DNA of 63,568 nucleotides, the filler included, from Octopus bimaculoides (taxonomy: Eukaryota): assembly GCF_001194135.2 (NCBI RefSeq). It is 8 parts of 8 records of this genome, joined end to end, with 100 filler letters (N's around TTAATTAATTAA, not from the genome) between each part and the next. Parts side by side here need not be neighbours in the genome. Positions count along the whole stretch, not along the records: positions 1 to 20,697 come from NC_068991.1; positions 20,798 to 27,359 come from NC_068989.1; 6 more parts are not named here. One strand, 5' to 3'. The notes beneath the pieces were generated by a model, which searched no databases, was not told the DNA's origin, and was given only the letters and a program-made list of their open reading frames with translations. Made by a program: the position numbers and the translations under genes. This document shows positions 10,700-23,949 of the stretch, piece by piece (position 1 is the stretch's first letter; every line of letters starts with the position of its first letter).

Positions 10700-10987
10700 T
10701 AGGCAAACATATATCGGTCTTTCAAGACCGATCTGCCTGGCGAAGACGTACCAACTGATGTGGCCACCTCATACGAACAGAACAGGATTGCAGGGGCACT
10801 AAGGAAATTCAAGCTGTGCAAGTCCAGGGTCAACTGTTTGCCTTCAGTCTTAGCAGACGACCAGTGACCGAGCTGCGGCAGAGCCTTCCGCGAGCGCATC
10901 AAACTGATCAATCACCGCCGGACTCACCGTGACCCGTGTTCTTCTCCCATCAGATATCCTTAGTCATCGTCGACAACGACGGACGAG
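10700..10987 (+). mobile_element. RTE-clade LINE 3' fragment with C-terminal C2H2 zinc finger (pseudogenised)
   Basis: QDRSAWR, frameshift, then DVATSYEQNRIAGALRKFKLCKSRVNCLPSVLADDQ*PSCGRAFRERIKLINHRRTH. Ends in the 3' motif TCATCGTCGACAACGACGGACGA. Confidence 0.8.
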
Positions 10988-11289
10988 CTAATACCAAACA
11001 GTTTAAGTTTAGTAACTTCTCAAGAAGTTATTATTTAATTCATCTTTAATTCACTTTGGTTCTCTTGTCCATCTTAAATGTACAGATTATTGGACTGACT
11101 AGTGAGAAACGTATTCCAAATTTAATGTATCTATTGTCTTTCGCGTCTGACTCCATTATTCCACAAGAAGAACAAATATTCTCCAGATGGTGATGCCTTT
11201 GTTGGTTTATTAATGGTCTCGATTGAAGCACTTAATCAATATCACTCATACACAAGTGTATTAAATATTTAAATAAATCAAGTGTTAAC

Positions 11290-11375
<86 letters not shown>

Positions 11376-11848
11376 ACGTTCAATAAGGTGAGGATGTGAA
11401 GGCATGTTATCCTCTGTCTCGTAGGCGTTGATGGTTTACAAGTGACGACAAGAAACTGTTAAATACGAAAGAGAAAGGAGGAAACAGGAATTGAGCCCTG
11501 GGTTGGTAAAGATTAGATAAAAAGTTGTTGACACGTGATAGATCGAACTGTTAAGAAGTTACAAGACAGGTGACGAATGATGGGCTGTGATTACAGGTAA
11601 GAACATGCTTCAGAAGAATCTTGCGCTAAACGAGGAAGCTTTGCTAATGAAGGTAAAAAAAAGAGGTGAGGAGGTATTTGTTTTTTTGTTTGTCAGTTTT
11701 TTTTCCTTTTGCTACCGAGGGATTTTTTTTTAACAGATAAGAGATCCCTCTTCTCGTGTGAGGAATACTTTCAGTGGATTTCGTTTTCAAAAGCCATCCT
11801 GATGGCTACTGATAAAAGCAAGTGAACATTGTGTTTTTCTTTTTAGTA

Positions 11849-11980
11849 TTTCGCCCCTTTAGGGAGCATAGGCCGTCGACGAATTGCCCCCACTAATCTT
11901 CACTTCGGGCTGTCTTATCTGATTTTCTCCAATTGGATCCCTAGTTTTTCAGCCCTGCTTCAGTATCCCGTCTCCTGTAT
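11849..11980 (-). mobile_element. RTE-clade LINE extreme 3' end
   Basis: Minus strand gives RRDTEAGLKN*GSNWRK and FVDGLCSLKG (GTCGACGGCCTATGCTCC), typical of RTE ORF ends. Confidence 0.7.
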
Positions 11981-12630
11981 TATTTATTTATTTATTTATT
12001 TATCTATCTATTTATTTATTTATTCATTCATTCATAAAATGCTGGGAGGGGAAAACAATACGCTGGTATTTGCTCTCATCAGAGGAACTGCATTTCAGAG
12101 GTAAGGCAGTTATGAGTTTCTATTTGTGATGATAATTAAGCTCTTGGGATGGAATTTCTCATGGTCACAATAATCCCAATGGGAAGCACCGATGACAGTC
12201 CAAGACCACATAGAAGAAACCCTTCCTTCAGAAAAATAATCCCCACCTCACACACACACACCATATTGAAGGAATGATCCTGAAGACAACCTAGAGTCGA
12301 GAACACTGGAGAAAAACATTCAACGGTATGTGTTCTTAAACGGGCGAAGATCGTAAATAAATAAGGAAATATGATGAGATTTAACAATGCGATAGCTTTT
12401 CCGAATAATGGACGATGAAATGTTATCTCGTTTTGAAATGTTACCATGAAGCAGATAACGAAACTCAAGATATTGAAAGCGATGAGTGTATAAAAAATAT
12501 TATTAAAAAAAATATTTTATATTAACCTGGCGTTCGATAATGGTGCTTAGTTCGGGACTTCGAAAACCACTCTGAGAAATTATTCAATAGAGGAAATTTC
12601 TGGAAATAGAAATCACACCTACTCAGTATC

Positions 12631-12780
12631 AGGCGCGTGGCTGCGTGGTAAGAATTTTGCTTCCCAACCATATGGTTCTGGGTTCAGTCCCACTGTGTGG
12701 CACCTTGGACAAGTGTCTTCCACTATAGCCTCGGACTGAACAGATCCTTGTGAGTGGATTTGGTGGACAAGGGCTAGGGG
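12631..12780 (+). mobile_element. SINE family A, head and core only
   Basis: GGCGCGTGGCTGCGTGGTAAG...GGTTCAGTCCCACTG...CCTTGGACAAGTGTCTT. Confidence 0.85.
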
Positions 12781-12794
12781 GACTGATGTATATA

Positions 12795-13147
12795 GGTGCA
12801 GGCGTGGCTGTGTGGTAAGAAGCTTGCTTCCCAACCACATGGTTCCGGATTCAGTCCCACTGCACGGCACCTTCGGCAAGTGTCTTCTACTATAGCCTTG
12901 GGCCGATCAAAGCTTTGGAAGTGGATTTGGTAGATGGAAACTGAAACCCGTCGTATATACATAAGTGTGTGTGTATATACGTGCGTGTAACCAAGCCTCT
13001 TAATAAAAGGGACCGATGGAATAAGTACCAGGCTTTAAAAAAAAAACAATAAGTACTAAGGTCGACTCGTCCAACGAACATTCTTAAAGGTGGTACCCCA
13101 GCATGGCTGTAGTCTAATGATTGAAACAAGTAATAAAGTAAAAGTGA
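12795..13147 (+). mobile_element. SINE family A, near full length
   Basis: Head, core, internal TA/TG repeat and the tail GACCGATGGAATAAGTACC...CAGCATGGCTG...TTGAAACAAGTAA. Confidence 0.85.
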
Positions 13148-13497
13148 AAAAGATGAATGAAGATATAGTTTCTAATGTTTCAGCCGATAAAAATCGATGC
13201 AGCTGCAAGACATAAAAGATAAAAGGAATTTTTTTTTAAATGATCTACCGAGAAAAACATCATCGTTGTTAATTCCACACTTTTTGACCATATCATATTT
13301 GAAAGACAAATCTCCGACGAGTATTTAAGTCACCGTTTGTGAGCGGGTTACATCCGGTGTTAACAGTCATGGTACTCCAAAGTAGGCCAGGGTCTCATGT
13401 TGACGTCACTGTAATCCAATACGGTTTGATATTGCGCTGCAAGGAACCATTATCGTCAAACGAATATCTGTCATTCTATCTATCAATCAGTCAACAA

Positions 13498-13565
<68 letters not shown>

Positions 13566-14429
13566 GTTTGTCTTTTTATCTATCTGTCTTTGTGTCTATC
13601 TTTCTATTTATCTATCTCAATACGTATATGTGTGCGCATTCCCATACCCATCTTCCCCCTCTCTTACATCCACCTTCCCCTTCTCCCTCCTCGTCAACAC
13701 CCCCTCATAAGCTCATCCCACCACACCCCAACACACTCCTACTCTACCTTCCCACTCCACCCCATCCAATTCCTTACACCCACCACCCACCCCTACCCNN
13801 NNNNNNNNNNNNNNNNNNNNNNNNNNNNNNNNNNNNNNNNNNNNNNNNNNNNNNNNNNNNNNNNNNNNNNNNNNNNNNNNNNNNNNNNNNNNNNNNNNNN
13901 NNNNNNNNNNNNNNNNNNNNNNNNNNNNNNNNNNNNNNNNNNNNNNNNNNNNNNNNNNNNNNNNNNNNNNNNNNNNNNNNNNNNNNNNNNNNNNNNNNNN
14001 NNNNNNNNNNNNNNNNNNNNNNNNNNNNNNNNNNNNNNNNNNNNNNNNNNNNNNNNNNNNNNNNNNNNNNNNNNNNNNNNNNNNNNNNNNNNNNNNNNNN
14101 NNNNNNNNNNNNNNNNNNNNNNNNNNNNNNNNNNNNNNNNNNNNNNNNNNNNNNNNNNNNNNNNNNNNNNNNNNNNNNNNNNNNNNNNNNNNNNNNNNNN
14201 NNNNNNNNNNNNNNNNNNNNNNNNNNNNNNNNNNNNNNNNNNNNNNNNNNNNNNNNNNNNNNNNNNNNNNNNNNNNNNNNNNNNNNNNNNNNNNNNNNNN
14301 NNNNNNNNNNNNNNNNNNNNNNNNNNNNNNNNNNNNNNNNNNNNNNNNNNNNNNNNNNNNNNNNNNNNNNNNNNNNNNNNNNNNNNNNNNNNNNNNNNNN
14401 NNNNNATACAGACACAAATATGTATATAT

Positions 14430-14489
<60 letters not shown>

Positions 14490-14762
14490 GTATATATATA
14501 TACATGCATATATTTACACACACATGCACATATACAAAAATGTATGTATATATTTGCTTACATACACACATACACACGCACGCATGTATATTCACACACA
14601 CANNNNNNNNNNTGTATATATGTATGTATGTATGTATGTATGCATTTCTATAAAAAAAAAATCATATAGATACACATGTACAGAAATATCGATACCCATA
14701 TGTGTGTGTATTTACACACACATACATATATACAATGCATACAGACACAAATATGTATATAT

Positions 14763-14822
<60 letters not shown>

Positions 14823-15483
14823 GTATATATATNNNNNNNNNNNNNNNNNNNNNNNNNNNNNNNNNNNNNNNNNNNNNNNNNNNTATTTGCTTACATACAC
14901 ACATACACACGCACGCATGTATATTCACACACACATGCGTACATACATACATACATACATACATACATACATACATACATACATACACGTGTAATTTGGC
15001 TTTTCCTCCAAGATCTCTTTCTAGGCTATTTGTATAACAGCATCTATATTTTGATTTTTATATTTCAATGATTCTTTCCTGAAGAAATGACTTATTCATC
15101 ACAATCATCAAATATCTTAATTATGTATTAATTAAACATTAAATATTTAACAACAATATGGTTGTTGATGTTTGCACTTAAGCTACAGAAACACCCGCAG
15201 AAAAATCAAATAGACAAGTTGCCATTGTGAATTGAAATCTTTGTTTTCTATTCTTCCAAATATTTGATTTTTTGTCAATGTTAATAATTTGAGCTCTCAA
15301 AATTCCTTCCACATATTTTTCAAGTACTTAAGTACATGTTCAGTACATATATCTATATATGTGCCTATCTGTCTCTCTCTCTGTGTCTCTATGCATATAC
15401 ATATATATATATACACACACATACATACGTGTATACATACATATAAATATAAATGCACATAATGACATACATAGACAAACGTA

Positions 15484-15520
<37 letters not shown>

Positions 15521-15592
15521 NNNNNNNNNNACAGGCAGGCAGGCAGACAGACAGGCAGACAGGCAGACAAACAGACAGACAAACAGACAGAC

Positions 15593-15634
<42 letters not shown>

Positions 15635-15915
15635 ATAGATAGATTGATTGATAGACAGATATGCGTCTGTGTGCGTGCATGTATGTTGGTATGTATATGT
15701 ATATGTGCGTGCGTGTGTTGATAAATATACATGAACAGACGTATAACTTGTCATGCACGCACTCACATTTACGTACTCACATACACGCATACGCACAAAC
15801 ATACAACCCGTGCGCATACACATCCTACAATTGACCTACTACTGAAGCAGTCTACACACATGATGATTTATATTTGAACACATGACAAACCTCTGGCATA
15901 TATGGAGTACTTGTG

Positions 15916-15968
<53 letters not shown>

Positions 15969-16408
15969 GTTTTTATGTATGGCCGAGCTAAGCGACATAT
16001 ATATATATTAATGTATGTATGTGTGTGTGTCTATGTTGTATGTATGTATTTAGGTATATATATGAATGTAAACGCATGCGCATGCGTGTATTTATCCAAA
16101 AGACATGCACGAATATAGAGGGAACTCTAAACATATCTGCGTATGTAAACTCACCGCACGCATACACACACACGTGCACAGAGGCACATACAGACAAGCA
16201 CACTTTATACACACATACGCCATCCCCAAAACACTTAATCTAGTAACAGCAACAATCACAATAACATCACTGTAAAGACACAACCATACTTACTCTGTTA
16301 ATCATATCAAAATGGCGTAATTGTTAATTCTCTGTTACACATTGAACACGTGACAAACTCTGCGATTAGATAAGGCCCAGTGCTCGAGCTTGGTAACAGG
16401 TGGTCGCT

Positions 16409-16554
<146 letters not shown>

Positions 16555-16816
16555 NNNNNNNNNNNNNNNNNNNNNNNNNNNNNNNNNNNNNNNNNNNNNN
16601 NNNNNNNNNNNNNNNNNNNNNNNNNNNNNNNNNNNNNNNNNNNNNNNNNNNNNNNNNNNNNNNNNNNNNNNNNNNNNNNNNNNNNNNNNNNNNNNNNNNN
16701 NNNNNNNNNNNNNNNNNNNNNNNNNNNNNNNNNNNNNNNNNNNNNNNNNNNNNNNNNNNNNNNNNNNNNNNNNNNNNNNNNNNNNNNNNNNNNNNNNNNN
16801 NNNNNNNNNNNNNNNN

Positions 16817-16872
<56 letters not shown>

Positions 16873-17314
16873 GTACACATATAGATATATATTGGCACAC
16901 ATTTATTATACGTGCATAAAGGTGTGTGTGTGTGTACGTACTCGTGTACGTTTATATATGTTTATATATGTGCATGGTGGAAAGAGCCCCAGCGTGGCCA
17001 CACAACACTCAACTTAAGAGGTTGGCTAAACATAACACAATTTCTATATTTACATGTCTGAAGATCAACAACACCGAAAGCCGAGTCAAAGGGGCCACCA
17101 GGTCACTTAGTGGAGTGCAAGCGAGGCGGTGATATCACGTGACATGTACATTTCCAAAATTACGATTTTTTTTTTGTCAGCCTTCCTTTCATCTTTCTTT
17201 CCTTTTTATTTGTCTTCATTGTTGTTGTTGTTGTTGTTGTTCTTCTTCTTCTTCTTCTTCTTCTTCTTCTTCTTCTTCTTCTTCTTCTTCTTCTACATCA
17301 TCATCATCATCATC

Positions 17315-17350
<36 letters not shown>

Positions 17351-17608
17351 TTCTTCTTCTTCTTCTTCTTCTTCTTCTTCTTCTTCTTCTTCTTTTTCTT
17401 ACTTTCTTTTTTTCTTTCTTTTATTCTTTCCTACTTCTTTGTTTCCCTTCTCTGTTTCTTTCTCTATTATTTTCTTTCTTTCTTTCCTTTTTTGCCCCTT
17501 TCCTTCCTTTTTTGCTTTCTTTTTCTCTTTAAATCTCGTACGGTGGGAAACTTACAATCAAGCGACAAACCAGTTGAAATATTAAACAAAAATAACATCA
17601 ATGCTATC

Positions 17609-17653
<45 letters not shown>

Positions 17654-18269
17654 AAATAACCACAGCAACAACAACGATACAAAAAAAAACATTTACTAAA
17701 AGCACAAACAAAATCAATAAGATAACTTTCATAAAACCAAAGTAAAATATAAAAAAAAAGTAGTTCGGCTAACAACAACAACAACATCAAGGATAATACG
17801 AACAACAGCGACATCACCAACAACCGCAATAACAAACACACAATAATAACATCGACGACTACCACAAAATCAAACACAACAATTAGAAGCAGAACAGTAG
17901 CAGCAACAACAACAACAACAGCAACACCAGCAAAAAAAACTGCACACCAGCAACAACAACAGCAACAACGATAGGGGTGTGCAAATAAAACTCCTATTTC
18001 ATTATGCCTGTTACCGTTTAATGATACTGAGTAGTGAATAAGATTTTCAGAGGTGCATCATGGTTATACCGATATAATGTGGGGAAAATATAATAATGAC
18101 AATAATAATAATAACAATAATATCAATAACAATAATAAATCATCTCATACGTGGAAACGTACGTAGCGATGTATTAAATATTTATAAATACCATCCTGGT
18201 ATTACTGCTATTAGATAGACAGATATCTTTTTATTATGGCCACACAGGGCTAAATAGATAAACAAACAG

Positions 18270-18335
18270 GTGCAGGCGTGGCTGTGTGGCAAAAAGTTTG
18301 CTTCCCAACCACATGGTTCCGGGTTCAGTCCCACT
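18270..18335 (+). mobile_element. SINE family A head (truncated)
   Basis: GGTGCAGGCGTGGCTGTGTGG...GGTTCCGGGTTCAGTCCCACT. Confidence 0.8.
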
Positions 18336-18409
18336 TGTCAATGGTGAAAGGGTCGGTTTCTAACCTAGATCCGAGACTCCTTCCTTTGAATTTCAACATC
18401 AACAACAGG

Positions 18410-18440
<31 letters not shown>

Positions 18441-19554
18441 TGTATGTAGGTAGGTAGGTAGGTAGGTAGGCAGGTAGGTAGGTATGAATATAACATTTAA
18501 TAAACACAGGATTTATAGGTGAGCTACAATCAGTTTCTAACTCATATAATACAACAGGTCGGGTTTTATAGCGATCAATCGTTCAGCTATACACACACAC
18601 ACACAAAGACACACACACACACACAAAGACACACACACACACACATATATTCACACACGCGCGCGCACACATGTATATGTGTATATATATACATACATAT
18701 CTATACATATATATGTGTGATATATATATATACGTATATATTAGTATATATATATATATGCCTACGTATATATATATATATATATATANNNNNNNNNNNN
18801 NNNNNNNNNNNNNNNNNNNNNNNNNNNNNNNNNNNNNNNNNNNNNNNNNNNNNNNNNNNNNNNNNNNNNNNNNNNNNNNNNNNNNNNNNNNNNNNNNNNN
18901 NNNNNNNNNNNNNNNNNNNNNNNNNNNNNNNNNNNNNNNNNNNNNNNNNNNNNNNNNNNNNNNNNNNNNNNNNNNNNNNNNNNNNNNNNNNNNNNNNNNN
19001 NNNNNNNNNNNNNNNNNNNNNNNNNNNNNNNNNNNNNNNNNNNNNNNNNNNNNNNNNNNNNNNNNNNNNNNNNNNNNNNNNNNNNNNNNNNNNNNNNNNN
19101 NNNNNNNNNNNNNNNNNNNNNNNNNNNNNNNNNNNNNNNNNNNNNNNNNNNNNNNNNNNNNNNNNNNNNNNNNNNNNNNNNNNNNNNNNNNNNNNNNNNN
19201 NNNNNNNNNNNNNNNNNNNNNNNNNNNNNNNNNNNNNNNNNNNNNNNNNNNNNNNNNNNNNNNNNNNNNNNNNNNNNNNNNNNNNNNNNNNNNNNNNNNN
19301 NNNNNNNNNNNNNNNNNNNNNNNNNNNNNNNNNNNNNNNNNNNNNNNNNNNNNNNNNNNNNNNNNNNNNNNNNNNNNNNNNNNNNNNNNNNNNNNNNNNN
19401 NNNNNNNNNNNNNNNNNNNNNNNNNNNNNNNNNNNNNNNNNNNNNNNNNNATATATATATATATATACATATATACATACATACATACATACACACACAT
19501 ATATAGAGAGAGAGAAAGGGGGAGAGAGAGGGAGATAGATAGATAGATAGATAT

Positions 19555-19591
<37 letters not shown>

Positions 19592-20618
19592 TAGATAGAT
19601 AGATATTTGAAGCCGTCCGTTTCTATAACACGGACATGGTAATGGCGGAAGTAGGTTGGTAATGGCGGTTAGAAGGGTATTATGTGGTGTTCGTTGGTGA
19701 CAGGCCCTGCTAGGAGATGATATGGTATTATCAATCAGTAGATGTAATTAGAGTAAAAGTGAAGGTCATTTTCCATGTAACTTGGTGCTCGGTTAAGATG
19801 GTTGCCGTTTAGAAGCATTTAAGTGAAAATATACTGAAAAGCCCTCGCATGGAGATATAATTGGGTTTATATCATATGGGTTCGTGTGTAAGTGGGTGCA
19901 TGTGTATATACGTATATTTGTATACGCTTATATGTGTGTGTGTGTTTGTGTGTGTGTGGTATGTGTTGTGCTCGCGTGTGTATGTGTGCATGTGTATACG
20001 TGATAACAAAGACGAACAATGGTTTAAATTTTTTAGAGCCATATATTTTCTACTCGTACGTTACATGGTGCAGGCGTACACTTACCTTACGTTTGTATAT
20101 ACACGCGGTACACCTGCACGATGTTACGTACGAGCAGAAAGAAATGGCTCCAAAAAATCTAAACCATTGTTCGTCTTTGTTATCACGGGGGTGATTGAGA
20201 CCCTGCTTGCCTAGATTTCTACACGAAACAGCAACACCAGCACTCTCTGGATTTCTCTCTCTCTCTCACACTCTGTCTCTCTCTCTCTCCTCCCATTTCT
20301 CTTCTTCTCTCGATGTGCCGCAGGATCAAGTGTGTCGGGGCCGAGATGGTATCGATATTTGCTCGCGACTGTATGAGTACCAAAATCAATAAGAGAAACC
20401 ATGCTATGATACCAACACTCACTCGTTCGTCTGCGACGATTGTTTGTACTTCTTAAACATTGCAATTTGCCCGCCCTCTTCCACCCTTCACAGTCACTCC
20501 ACCTACTGTGCAAAAACGAAACTAAACTAAGGACGGGTTATTTGAGGGCGAATTGTTTACCATATCTCAATGTGTACGTAAAGGCTCCACGTTTGGCTAG
20601 TAACAAACGTCGTTGTTG

Positions 20619-20650
<32 letters not shown>

Positions 20651-20697
20651 GACGCTGGTGATGGTTATGATGCTGGTGGTGTTGATGGTGGTGGCGG

Positions 20698-20797
20698 NNN
20701 NNNNNNNNNNNNNNNNNNNNNNNNNNNNNNNNNNNNNNNNNTTAATTAATTAANNNNNNNNNNNNNNNNNNNNNNNNNNNNNNNNNNNNNNNNNNNN
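20698..20797. other. Artificial scaffold spacer (44 N + TTAATTAATTAA + 44 N); identical spacers at 27360-27459, 36342-36441, 39829-39928, 55339-55438, 58367-58466 and 61208-61307
   Basis: Exactly 100 nt each, with a six-frame stop linker centred in Ns. Confidence 0.95.
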
Positions 20798-20832
20798 ATA
20801 TATATATATATATATATATACATATATATAAC

Positions 20833-20938
20833 GGGGTCGTACCATCTACGCACTGGGGTCGATGTAATCGACTTAATCCCTTTGTCTGTTCTTGGTTGTC
20901 CCCTCTATGTTTAGCCCCCTGTGGGCAATGAAGAAATA
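20833..20938 (+). mobile_element. SINE family B 3' half
   Basis: CTGGGGTCGATGTAATCGACTTAATCCC...GCCCCCTGTGGGCAATGAAGAAATA matches the tail of the 3164-3392 copy. Confidence 0.8.
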
Positions 20939-21444
20939 TATATAAAGGATGTAACTATAATGCGCACGCGCGCACGTGTGTGTGCAGAATCATTACATCC
21001 GGCGTCACTCCAAGCTACATACGCACGTTCCCTTTTAGATGTGTTTATCGCTCATAACAAGCTTCAAGAACAACCTGGGCGCTGAGCTGACAAACCTGTT
21101 CACTAGACCGTCAAACAATACAGAGCGAGTCATTAAACATGATAACGAGGCAAATTTTATTAGTAAAATCATGTTGAAATCGCAGTCTCCTAAACTAATC
21201 GATCATTTCTTTGCGCCGGGGGCATTTATTTGAGGTATATCATAGTAAATAATTGCATGCTTGAAGCAATTCTTCAATCCAAAGAGCGTAGCACAATGAA
21301 CAATGACTGGATTTCAATTATCTTCGGGAGATGTTATAAACGTTTTCCTAAACTTGCTTCCATTTGTAATATACGTAGCAATCTCTCTCGTACCCCGTCT
21401 CTCTCTGTGCTCTCCCTCTCTCACTTTCTCTCTCTCTTTCTCTC

Positions 21445-21497
<53 letters not shown>

Positions 21498-21586
21498 TAT
21501 CTTCACTATTGTTTCTGTTCGTCTCGGTCCTCCGTCTTATCTTTCTGTCTTGTTCTCTACATACATATACATACACCCATATAATA

Positions 21587-21640
<54 letters not shown>

Positions 21641-21719
21641 GATCGCACGCGCACGTGTGTATGTGTTTGTGAATGCTCACGCGCGCGCATGTATGCTTCT
21701 CTGTAACAATAATGATAAT

Positions 21720-21922
21720 AATTTCTACTTATAGACACAAGACCTAAGATTGTGGAGGGAGCTAATCGATTACATCGATCCCAGTGCTTGACAGGTACTT
21801 ATTTTCATCGACCTCAAAAGGATGAAATGCAATGTCGACCTACGCAGAATTTGAACTCAGAACGTAAAGATGAACGAAATGCCGCTAAGCATTTTACCCG
21901 GCGTGCTAACGATTCTGCCAGC

Positions 21923-21923
<1 letters not shown>
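21720..21923 (-). mobile_element. SINE family B, alternative tail
   Basis: Same head and core as 3164-3392, but the tail is CTCCCTCCACAATCTTAGGTCTTGTGTCTATAAGTAGAAATTATT. Confidence 0.85.
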
Positions 21924-21983
<60 letters not shown>

Positions 21984-21987
<4 letters not shown>

Positions 21988-22506
21988 GCCCTGGTGTAAT
22001 ACCAGGCAGTGGCTCTCATGGCTTTTGATCTTAATTGATTGGAAGTGTTATCACGTACATGTTTTGTCTTGGTATAAAAGATGGGCTGCAGTAAATATTC
22101 TGCTCATTACCATAGATTTGCTTGTCAGTTGCTTGACCTTAACCAGTTGAGCATGTCTCTTAGTGGTTGGTGATATGTGCACCCCTGATCACTGGCAGAA
22201 GTAGCTATGAGTTAAGAGGAATTCTTTGGGGTTTGAATAATTCACCTCTGGAAACATGAGTGTTTCGTTCAACATTCTTAAACAAACATTATTGAGTGGG
22301 GTGGGCTACTCGACCTTAAGAAAATTCTAAGTGGGCCCCACCTGCAAGGACATGCGCTGTATATCTTGATATGAGATCACCATGTTACGGACATATGGCT
22401 ATGATGCATGTGCCTAATATGCCCTTGTAGTCATGATGGGTATATTGGGTTTCGTATATTTGTGCCCCAGTGTCACTTTGATGGCTTGCATCGCTCTCTC
22501 ACTCAC
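21984..22506. mobile_element. About 520-bp non-coding interspersed element embedded between (AAT)n tracts
   Basis: Complex sequence with (AAT)n on both sides. 22202-22240 matches 48811-48849 in reverse orientation. Confidence 0.6.
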
Positions 22507-22692
<186 letters not shown>

Positions 22693-23930
22693 ACGAGATA
22701 ATGGAAAAGGAAATGAAAGAGCAACTGAGGATGGAGTATTTCCGAAGACTGAGGTTGGTGCTGCGCTCAAAATTGACTGGATGGCGTAAAATCCAAACAG
22801 TTAATACATGGGCGATAGCATCACTTCAGTATTATAAAATGACAAAAGAGAGAAATTAAGAAAATGGATACTAAAACCAGGAAAATGTTGATAGTCCACG
22901 GAGCCTTCCACCCTAAGAGTGACACCGATAAGCTGTACTTGTCCAGAAGAAAGGGTAGGAGAGGTTTGATCAGTTGCCAGGACTATATCGAAGAAGAGGA
23001 ACACAGCCTAGGGTGGTAGATAAAAAAAAGTTGTGGAGCCACTGCTGAAATACACAAAGAAGGCCGGCGTAATAAAAAACTGAAAATTGTGTAACTAAAG
23101 AAAAATTTAAACAAGAAATGAACAAAAAAAAAAGAAAAAAAAACATGGAAAAACATGGACTGGAAAGAAAATGTATAGTCAGTTTGCAAGAGATGTGAAC
23201 GCCAAGACAGATGCAGAGGACCGGTGGTTGTGGATGAGGAGGAGTGACCTGAAGTTAGAGACAGAAACACTCATATGCGCAGCTCAAGAACAAGCGTCAA
23301 GGACCAATTATATGAAATGCAGAATAGACAACACTACCGATAGCGACAAATACAGGATGTGTGGTGAGAGGGGTGAAACAGTATGGCACATCGTGAGCGA
23401 ATGCTTGAGATTGGCACAACGCGAATACAAAAGACAACATGACATTGTGGAAAGAATGGTCCATTGGGGACTCTGTGGAAATCACGGGCCACAAAGAGCA
23501 AAGACGTGGTATCAGCAAACCCCAGGAGTCACCAGAATGAGAATTGCAAAATCCTGTGAGATGCAATGATCCAGTGCGCTCATTACATCGGAAGCTGGAC
23601 ATTGCTGTGCTGAATGAAAAACAAAGAACATGTATGATAATCAATATAGTATTCCTCGGTGACAACAAGATCAATGTGAAAGAAGAAAACAATAAACAAT
23701 TACGACGATTTAAAGTGGGAAATACAAATGTTGTGGTCAATGTAGAGAGTCGATGTGCAATTGGTGCACTTGGAAGTATCAGCACTCAACTGCCAACATG
23801 ATCGGTGCAACTGCAAGAATTTTTCGCAGAGTTCTTGAAGCATGACCAGTAAAGCATGGGTCACTTTAGTCTGCTGGCTGTAGACAACTGATACTTTCCA
23901 TCATACCCAGCAAAATAAGCTGAGTTTTAA
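22693..23930 (+). mobile_element. R4/Dong-clade non-LTR retrotransposon, 5'-truncated (end of RT, CCHC knuckle, REL endonuclease, 3' UTR), pseudogenised
   Basis: EYFRRLRLVLRSKL, HGAFHPKSDTDKLYLSRRKGRRGL, ICAAQEQASRTNY, YRMCGERGETVWHIVSEC, HDIV..VHW, RKLDIAV..CMIINIVFLGD and IGALG. Flanked by TAA repeats. Confidence 0.85.
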
Positions 23931-23949
23931 TACAATAATAATGATGATG

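Noticed and set aside
14405-14940. Direct duplication with a period of about 330 bp
   Set aside because: Identical copies built of CA/TA repeats and bordered by gaps, so most likely overlapping contig ends.
17135-17143. TCACGTGAC E-box/CLEAR-like motif
   Set aside because: A single short motif far from any supported TSS.
20742-20753. TTAATTAATTAA palindrome recurring seven times
   Set aside because: Always centred in exactly 44+44 Ns. It is an artificial six-frame stop linker, not a biological motif or CRISPR-like repeat.
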